Source: an uncultured virus (IMG/VR IMGVR_UViG_3300042273_000539)
Taxonomy: Duplodnaviria > Heunggongvirae > Uroviricota > Caudoviricetes
IMG/VR virus record: IMGVR_UViG_3300042273_000539
Length of the DNA: 64,000 bases
Direction: 5' to 3' (one strand)
The notes below the pieces were generated by a model. That model saw only the letters and a list, made by a program, of their open reading frames with translations, was not told where the DNA came from and made no database searches. The position numbers and the translations under genes are program-made. Positions 58,445 through 64,000 of this stretch are shown one piece after another (position 1 is the stretch's first letter; the number at the start of each line of letters is the position of its first letter).

Positions 58445-58591
58445 ACAGCAGGATAATATAACATAGAGGATGGTACTTGTACCATCCTCTTTATTTTGCC
58501 CTGCTGTCCAGACGGAAATCGGGGTGTTGAGATAACACCCCTAATAAGTATTTAGGCATAAAAAAAGGAGAGCATTATGCTCTCCTTTTTT
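58445..58591. terminator. Cluster of hairpins/terminators between convergent blocks
   Basis: AGAGGATGGTAC/GTACCATCCTCT, GGGGTGTT/AACACCCC, AAAAAGGAGAGCAT/ATGCTCTCCTTTTT. Confidence 0.8.
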
Positions 58592-59390
58592 ACTTATTTA
58601 TTATTCTAACTGGATGCCCACCTTGATAAGTTCCTGGTAAAGGAACCATGGCGTTTTTGTTATAAATAATTTCATATTTTTCTCCGTTATCTAAAATGTC
58701 TTTATCTAGAAACATTTTTTCTAATGACTTTGTTAAATCATTAGGATTAAATCGTATTTGTTTATTATCTACTAGACAATGATATCCAGATTTTGTATCT
58801 ATCCAATAGTAGTTAGTTATCCTAAAATCTTTCAACATTTCGGTAGCATAATATATAAAATCTTCATTTTTAGGTACATCAAAATCAAAATCTACCCAGT
58901 GAACGGTTCCAGTTGCTTGTTGATAATAAGACATAAGGTTATTATCAATCTTGTTTATCCTATTTATGAAATTTTCGGTATCTCCTCCCTTTAGAGCAAG
59001 AGACCCCATTTCCTGAAAATATTCATTAATAAGTATATTAAGTTTACCTATTGCCTTCAAGGTATTAGAAGGGTTTATATTAACATATAATACCATTGTT
59101 TTAGAAGGAATAGGCAAGTTTTTTCTTGTCACATACCCTCTGGTATCACACTCTAATCTTCGTATTTTTTTAATAAACTTTTCCCAGTTTCTTTCTCGTA
59201 CTATGGTCTTTTCAAACATTTCTGTTCTACCTAATCCATACATTTCTCTTTCTTCCATAGTTAGGTATTTGTTCCTAGCAGATAGAGAGAAGAAATATAT
59301 TTCTGCAGGGGCAAGAGGAGGAAGTACTTTATCAAAAAACCATTTTACTTCGTTTTCATCATGTATTAATTCTATATATTCTTTATTCAT
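58590..59390 (-). CDS. Possible archaeo-eukaryotic primase (AEP)-fold protein
   Basis: WVDFDFDV (DxD), DTKSGYH (T/S..G.H), PLPGTYQ. Confidence 0.45.
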   Translation of the reverse strand: MNKEYIELIHDENEVKWFFDKVLPPLAPAEIYFFSLSARNKYLTMEEREMYGLGRTEMFEKTIVRERNWEKFIKKIRRLECDTRGYVTRKNLPIPSKTMVLYVNINPSNTLKAIGKLNILINEYFQEMGSLALKGGDTENFINRINKIDNNLMSYYQQATGTVHWVDFDFDVPKNEDFIYYATEMLKDFRITNYYWIDTKSGYHCLVDNKQIRFNPNDLTKSLEKMFLDKDILDNGEKYEIIYNKNAMVPLPGTYQGGHPVRIINK

Positions 59391-59748
59391 TGTCGTTTTT
59401 AACCTTTATTTGAATAATAGCAGATAATCCATCTGCTATGGATTCATAATCTTCGTGCCGTAGCTCTTTAATGGAGAAACTGTCAAATGAAAAATTCTCC
59501 AAGTTATCAAGTGTTAAAGTTCCATCAAGCATATTCATAGAAGTTATTTTAGTTAAGAAAATAACCCTAGACCTAGAATTTCCATATATTACAAAAATAA
59601 CATTCACTCTAGGGATAAAAGCAACTTCTTGTATTTCAGCTTCTTCGCCTATGCTATTTTTCACTATATCTGTTATTTCTTCTTCTGTTAAACTAAAAAA
59701 CTCCCCAGCAAAACTGGGGAGTAAATCAAACTCTCTTATGATTTTCAT
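59383..59748 (-). CDS. Hypothetical protein
   Basis: Coupled ORF. Confidence 0.6.
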   Translation of the reverse strand: MKIIREFDLLPSFAGEFFSLTEEEITDIVKNSIGEEAEIQEVAFIPRVNVIFVIYGNSRSRVIFLTKITSMNMLDGTLTLDNLENFSFDSFSIKELRHEDYESIADGLSAIIQIKVKNDNE

Positions 59749-59948
59749 TCATCTTCCTTTTTCTCTATCATCGGTTTTCCACATTGCTCACATAAATCAA
59801 GTTCTTCTGAACATCCAGCACAAATTTTATAGCCACCTATACTTGGACCTACTAAATTAGTTCCACAAATTTCACATTTGTAATTTACTATATCTCTTGT
59901 GGTTATTATACACTTGCATTTTTCATGCAAGAGTTTAGGAGTGCTCAT
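59745..59948 (-). CDS. Small Cys-rich zinc-binding protein
   Basis: CKC, CEICG, CAGC, CEQCG. Confidence 0.6.
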   Translation of the reverse strand: MSTPKLLHEKCKCIITTRDIVNYKCEICGTNLVGPSIGGYKICAGCSEELDLCEQCGKPMIEKKEDE

Positions 59949-60277
59949 AGACTAATGGTATAGGTCCATGTAGAAGGTACATTGTTACTGTTTACAGTTG
60001 TATCACTTGTTGTAAGGCCATCTTGTACCGATGTTGAAATGGTTGCAGTATCACAAGTCCATGTTCCAGTTCCCGTATCCCACCAAGTATAAGTAGGATA
60101 TGCTGGATAAGTAGGATATACTGGGTAAGGTACATAATCCAATCTTTCGTGCATTCTTGACTCTTCTAGTTGGCCCTCTAATTTTGACTTTTCTTTTTCT
60201 AGTTCCAGAATTCTTTTTTCTTGCCTTTTAAGGATTTCTAAAACTTCTGGATGTAAATTTTCTTTTATAATAATCAT
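59945..60277 (-). CDS. Hypothetical protein with YPx repeats
   Basis: AGGAG RBS; YPVYPTYPAYPTY. Confidence 0.6.
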   Translation of the reverse strand: MIIIKENLHPEVLEILKRQEKRILELEKEKSKLEGQLEESRMHERLDYVPYPVYPTYPAYPTYTWWDTGTGTWTCDTATISTSVQDGLTTSDTTVNSNNVPSTWTYTISL

Positions 60278-60315
60278 ACTTTTCTCCTGTATTTACTTTA
60301 TATAAGTTATTAATA

Positions 60316-60513
60316 TCAATTTTTTTTCTTACGTTTCTTTGTTGATACATCTTTTTCTTCCTCTATTTCAATAGTATATTCTTCTATTTTACCAAAATTT
60401 ATTTTTTTGCATTTACTGCAAGTAAATAATATAGTATCTCCTGTTCCTACTATATCTGTTTCATATAGAGGAGTTTTACAATATTTACATTTTTGTAATT
60501 CTTCTTTTGCCAT
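60316..60513 (-). CDS. Small zinc-ribbon protein
   Basis: CKYCK..CSKCKKIN (Com-like ribbon). Confidence 0.6.
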   Translation of the reverse strand: MAKEELQKCKYCKTPLYETDIVGTGDTILFTCSKCKKINFGKIEEYTIEIEEEKDVSTKKRKKKN

Positions 60514-60515
60514 AT

Positions 60516-60738
60516 TTATAACCCGTAATGTACTTCTATATGTTTTGCAGTAGACCTATTTAAAGCCCATCCAGAATTTTTTACCATTATTATGATAATA
60601 CTTCTAAAGTCATTTTTTATGATAAAAATAGGGGTTTCTTTATTACCCCCTATTGTTTCTAGAATTACTTTTGATTTACGACCATGGATTTTTTTCCACA
60701 TACACAGTGCTGTTTGGTAAAACTTCAGTTAATCTCAT
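60516..60738 (-). pseudogene. FeoA-like SH3-fold gene interrupted by a one-base frameshift in an A7 tract
   Basis: Removing one A joins ATG 60738 (MRLTEVLPNSTVYVEK) to the 60516..60701 frame, giving a 73-aa FeoA-like sequence. Confidence 0.6.
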
Positions 60739-61036
60739 TTTTCTTCCTTACTGGATAAGCAAGTCCCAAAACAGGGAAGGCATTAGTTTTTTCTCCTTCT
60801 CTAGTTTCTAAATAATATTTTCTGTTTCTTATAGAAAACCATAGTACGCCATTTTCTGCTTCTATAAAACAATCTTTACTTTCTAAAAATTTTTCTATTT
60901 CTCTAAAATCGTCAAAATCTTCTTTTAGTTGCATTTGTTCAGCCATACTTTTTAAAAACTCGTTTTTTAGTTGCATTCGTTTATCCATTCTTTCAATAAA
61001 GTTCTGGTCCATTTTCTTCTCCTTTTTCGTATTCAA
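60725..61036 (-). CDS. Hypothetical protein
   Basis: C-terminal half resembles the neighbouring 60993..61256 product. Confidence 0.55.
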   Translation of the reverse strand: MNTKKEKKMDQNFIERMDKRMQLKNEFLKSMAEQMQLKEDFDDFREIEKFLESKDCFIEAENGVLWFSIRNRKYYLETREGEKTNAFPVLGLAYPVRKKNEIN

Positions 61037-61256
61037 TTTTTAATGGGGCAACTTTTACCAAGATAGTGTTTTTATCTGAAGGAAATTCTGTCTCTGCTCC
61101 TTTTTTATTGGGTAAAATAAAAGCATACTTCCTGTCTTCTATGCTAATAGAGATAGCACCTCCATGTAATACAGAAAAGGAAATTCCTTCTGCCTCTAAA
61201 AAGGATTCTAGTTTTTGAACTTTCTTTAAATCCTCTTTTATCACTTCATTTGTCAT
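60993..61256 (-). CDS. Hypothetical protein
   Basis: GAGGGG RBS. Confidence 0.55.
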   Translation of the reverse strand: MTNEVIKEDLKKVQKLESFLEAEGISFSVLHGGAISISIEDRKYAFILPNKKGAETEFPSDKNTILVKVAPLKIEYEKGEENGPELY

Positions 61257-61860
61257 ATCTACCCCTCTTTACTTCCAAAAAACCATCGCCCCTTTCTTTC
61301 TTTAATAACTCATAGTCCCAGTTGTCTCCTTTTTTAGACATAATCTCAAAAATATCATGAAGATTATAGGGCTTATAATCGTTAAACTCTAAATTTACAT
61401 TAAACGCTTTCCCAGTTTGTCTTTTTTCAACTTCTTCAAGCTCTACGCTATTTGTATGAAGATGTCCGTAAAGGTGAAAACTATTATAAAAACTTTTTTC
61501 CCAGGTCATCATAGGAAAATGATTTAAGTGTATTACAGTATGTTCTCTTTTTATTATCAAGCTAGGGGTAATAGTATGACAATATTGCTCAAATTCCCCA
61601 AGTGGAAATTTCATATCATGGTTTCCTAGAATCCAGAAGAAGTTTATTTTTTTCTTGTGAATTCTTTTTAAAGCTTCTTCTATGGTTTCTTTATTGTATC
61701 CTATATCTCCTATAAAATAAATATTATCTCCTTTTTTTAAAGGAGTTATCATATTATCCATTATTGTATTGTCCATTTCCTCAACAGAAGAAAACGGTCT
61801 ATTTGCAACTCGCATTATATTATAATGACCTAAATGCCAATCTGATGAAAAGTAATCCAT
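61246..61860 (-). CDS. Calcineurin-like metallophosphoesterase
   Basis: SDWHLGH, IGDI, GNHD, HFP, HLYGHLH. Confidence 0.88.
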   Translation of the reverse strand: MDYFSSDWHLGHYNIMRVANRPFSSVEEMDNTIMDNMITPLKKGDNIYFIGDIGYNKETIEEALKRIHKKKINFFWILGNHDMKFPLGEFEQYCHTITPSLIIKREHTVIHLNHFPMMTWEKSFYNSFHLYGHLHTNSVELEEVEKRQTGKAFNVNLEFNDYKPYNLHDIFEIMSKKGDNWDYELLKKERGDGFLEVKRGRYDK

Positions 61861-61861
61861 G

Positions 61862-62041
61862 TTATTTTTCTACTATTGATACAATAGTATAATCTCCTTT
61901 TTGAAAAGTTTGAACCAGAACTGATGGTTTGTTATGAAAAAATATTCCATTATAATAATGTAATATTTCTGGTATAAATAGTTGAGAATAAAGCGAAAAA
62001 TGAATACAAAGAAGAACTAGTATAACTATTATTTTTTTCAT
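61862..62041 (-). CDS. Small exported protein (59 aa), not in the ORF track
   Basis: Manual translation MKKIIVILVLLCIHFSLYSQ...; ATGA overlap with the upstream gene. Confidence 0.5.
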   Translation of the reverse strand: MKKIIVILVLLCIHFSLYSQLFIPEILHYYNGIFFHNKPSVLVQTFQKGDYTIVSIVEK

Positions 62042-62295
62042 GCCCAGTACTCTGAAAAGCTATCTCTATTTTTAGCCCATTCATCAAATTGTTCATCACA
62101 ATCATCATAACAGCAGTCAACAGCTTCTTCTAAATCTGTATATTTTTCTTTACAGTGAGTACATGAGTAAATAAAATATTCTTCTTCATCTTCATTTTCT
62201 GGTATTATTTCTTCGGCTGTATCTATTATAAAATCCTCTTTTTCCTGTCTAGTAGAGAAAGGCAAATCAATAAATTCAGCATAAAGATTTCTCAT
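62038..62295 (-). CDS. Acidic hypothetical protein with Cys motif
   Basis: CTHC...CC; GAGG RBS. Confidence 0.6.
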   Translation of the reverse strand: MRNLYAEFIDLPFSTRQEKEDFIIDTAEEIIPENEDEEEYFIYSCTHCKEKYTDLEEAVDCCYDDCDEQFDEWAKNRDSFSEYWA

Positions 62296-62316
62296 AAATA
62301 TCCTCTTTTTTCTTTT

Positions 62317-62345
62317 ATTATAGCGTTTTTTTAATTTTTTGTCAA
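62317..62345 (-). promoter_or_regulatory. Sigma70-type early promoter
   Basis: TTGACA-17-TATAAT on the minus strand. Confidence 0.85.
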
Positions 62346-62689
62346 GAATTATTTTTTATAAAAGTATTAACTTTTTCCAAGAAAAAAGTGTAAGATCCAT
62401 TAGAACACCCTCCGCAGTTTTGACAGTCAAATTGAGATCCGGTTATTTCATTTCCGTAGGTAGAACTAATTCTACAAATAACCTGTCTAAACATATTTAT
62501 AGATTCATTAGTTGTTCCAGAGGTACTTAATAAAACCATTCTTTTTACTAAACCATTTAAATCTTTAATACGTACAGTTCTGTTCCTTTCTGTACTATGA
62601 AAAGGGGACCTTTCAAATGTTTCGTTAATGTATTTTACTATTCTTGGATCTGAAATAGTATCATAATCTATTTTTTCTAAAAAAGCCAT
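62342..62689 (-). CDS. Hypothetical protein
   Basis: AGGAG RBS; CQNCGGC. Confidence 0.6.
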   Translation of the reverse strand: MAFLEKIDYDTISDPRIVKYINETFERSPFHSTERNRTVRIKDLNGLVKRMVLLSTSGTTNESINMFRQVICRISSTYGNEITGSQFDCQNCGGCSNGSYTFFLEKVNTFIKNNS

Positions 62690-62703
62690 ATTTTTCTCCT
62701 TAA

Positions 62704-62775
62704 AGCCCTTTACCGGAATTGAACCGATATCTAATGATTACGAAACATTTGTAATAGCCATTATACTAAAAGGGC
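62704..62775 (-). tRNA. tRNA-Thr(CGT), CCA not encoded
   Basis: Cloverleaf: acceptor GCCCTTT/AAAGGGC, D-loop TGG, anticodon loop TTCGTAA, T-loop TTCAATT; U31-U39 mismatch. Confidence 0.85.
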
Positions 62776-62783
62776 AAAAATCG

Positions 62784-63173
62784 CTACTTTAATAAGTAGC
62801 GACTATCATAGCGAATTAAATCACTAAACGGGATTTTTCTTACATCCTTTGCAGATGGCTTCCTGGTTAGCATATAAAACATATTATCTACCCCTACTGG
62901 ATTAAGGGAGTGAATAATGATTTTATTGTAAATTCTTTCGCTTTTATATATCCATTCAGTTAATCTATACCCAGTGTTTTCTTTGAAACTATCTACATAT
63001 ATTTCTCCGTCTAAATCGTGGTCCAGGAACATAATATATGGGTTTCCATTATTTAAATACTCTATTGCATCTTTTACGTTATCTACAATAGTTAGTTCAT
63101 TTCCGTAGGCGAAGGTTTCTTTAAACCACTTAACTCTAAAAGGGCTATCTTCTAAAATAAATATTTCTTTCAT
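62784..63173 (-). CDS. Cyclic-phosphate-processing receiver-like domain protein
   Basis: IFILEDS..R, FLDHDL, NTGY, IIIHSLNPVG; start MKEIF at 63173. Confidence 0.75.
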   Translation of the reverse strand: MKEIFILEDSPFRVKWFKETFAYGNELTIVDNVKDAIEYLNNGNPYIMFLDHDLDGEIYVDSFKENTGYRLTEWIYKSERIYNKIIIHSLNPVGVDNMFYMLTRKPSAKDVRKIPFSDLIRYDSRYLLK

Positions 63174-63242
63174 GCTACTTCCTATTTTTTTGTATCTCAC
63201 TGTGTTTTTTTGTATGGTTAAACTCGGTCATAAGTATTCTGC

Positions 63243-63377
63243 TCATACTATTTTTATGTGGGATACCACCCACATGATGATGTCCACTAACTTCCAGATT
63301 GCTAGTGGTAGTATCACAAAAAACCCTATAGCAAAAAATACTAATCCATCAAATGCGCTTTCTAATGCGTCCTTCAT
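63243..63377 (-). CDS. Small membrane protein (44 aa), not in the ORF track
   Basis: GAGGAGG RBS; MKDALESAFDGLVFFAIGFFVILPLAIWKLVDIIMW. Confidence 0.55.
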   Translation of the reverse strand: MKDALESAFDGLVFFAIGFFVILPLAIWKLVDIIMWVVSHIKIV

Positions 63378-63658
63378 ACGTCCTCCTCAAAGATTTTTAT
63401 TCCACGAAATCTTGGGCTGTTGTGTACTTTCCCAACTTTGCCCCAATCAACACATTCTTGAATAAATCCAGCTTCCAACGCTTCGTTAGTGATTCCAGCA
63501 CACGCATTAACACAAGCTACGATACGGTCGGCATTTGCTTCTGCTTGCTTCTTACCAACATGCAAGCCATCTGTTCCAGCAACAAACCCTTTGGACTCTG
63601 AAAAAATTTCAGTGTCTGTAAATCTATCAACATACCATGGTTCTTTCGTATGGTTCAT
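63374..63658 (-). CDS. Phage hypothetical protein
   Basis: HTKEPW...EANADRIVACVNACAGI, a common phage small-protein pattern. Confidence 0.7.
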   Translation of the reverse strand: MNHTKEPWYVDRFTDTEIFSESKGFVAGTDGLHVGKKQAEANADRIVACVNACAGITNEALEAGFIQECVDWGKVGKVHNSPRFRGIKIFEEDV

Positions 63659-63662
63659 ATAC

Positions 63663-63899
63663 TTATCCTTCGTTAGCTTCTTTATTTATCGTATTCAATC
63701 TTTTTTCGCATTCATAAATTTCATTATTGGTCATTTCAATTTTTGTTTTATATTCTTTTTCTTGTTTTGCAAAAGAAAAATCTAACCACTGAATCCTTAT
63801 CCTAAGATCTGCTATTCTACGTTCAATATATGTTTTTTCGTCAATCATATTATTCCTCAATATGTTCTTTAATATAGTCAGCAAGTAGCTTTGCTTCAT
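63663..63899 (-). CDS. Hypothetical coiled-coil protein
   Basis: ORF; start may be at MIDEK. Confidence 0.5.
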   Translation of the reverse strand: MKQSYLLTILKNILRNNMIDEKTYIERRIADLRIRIQWLDFSFAKQEKEYKTKIEMTNNEIYECEKRLNTINKEANEG

Positions 63900-64000
63900 T
63901 TTCTGTCATAATAACAGAACTATATTCGCCAAATTCATCTTCTTTGCTACTAATAGATAAAAGTATTTCCCCATTTGGATATTTTTCAAAACTTGCTTCA

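Noticed and set aside
58434..58545. Hammerhead ribozyme at the capsid 3' end (CTGATAA...GAAA)
   Set aside because: The core deviates from CUGANGA, and GAAA does not follow stem II directly.
1..64000. Stop-codon reassignment, as seen in some large phages
   Set aside because: Core genes are full length under code 11, and TAA, TAG and TGA all end genes at sensible positions. The DnaE breaks are separated by whole genes, not in-frame stops.
1..64000. CRISPR array
   Set aside because: No regularly spaced repeat-spacer units; the recurring TTGACAAAAA elements are dispersed promoters.

Overview
AT-rich segment of a large T4-like (myovirus-type) phage genome, read with standard code 11. It carries the T4 core: gp2-like end protector, gp26/gp51-like, gp32 SSB, UvsX, intein-containing UvsW, gp19-like tube, gp47/gp46, RNase H, primase, gp41 helicase, gp55-like sigma, intein-containing terminase, portal, prohead protease, scaffold and major capsid. 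It also has bacterial-type replication and metabolism genes: a DnaE (Pol III alpha) split into three separate genes, NAD-dependent ligase, ThyX, dUTPase, peptide deformylase and an adenine methyltransferase. Most notable: (1) the intein-free three-piece DnaE, whose active site must be assembled in trans; (2) about a dozen proteins, several of them enzymes (ADP-ribosyltransferase-like, DHH, HAD, Pol-beta nucleotidyltransferase, zincin, Vsr-like nuclease), with N-terminal L/I-x-E prohead-protease-type propeptides that suggest head packaging and injection; (3) three upstream motif classes (TTGACAAAAAWNTARA..TATAAT, CTTATATA, AAAGATA) alongside two phage sigma-like genes; (4) a hairpin-rich, strand-skewed non-coding island at about 7.0-7.5 kb; (5) two genes hidden from the ORF track: a gp51-like ORF with a +1 slip site and a FeoA-like gene broken at an A7 tract. 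One tRNA-Thr(CGT); no CRISPR array. All functional calls come from motif recognition by eye; no database searches were run.
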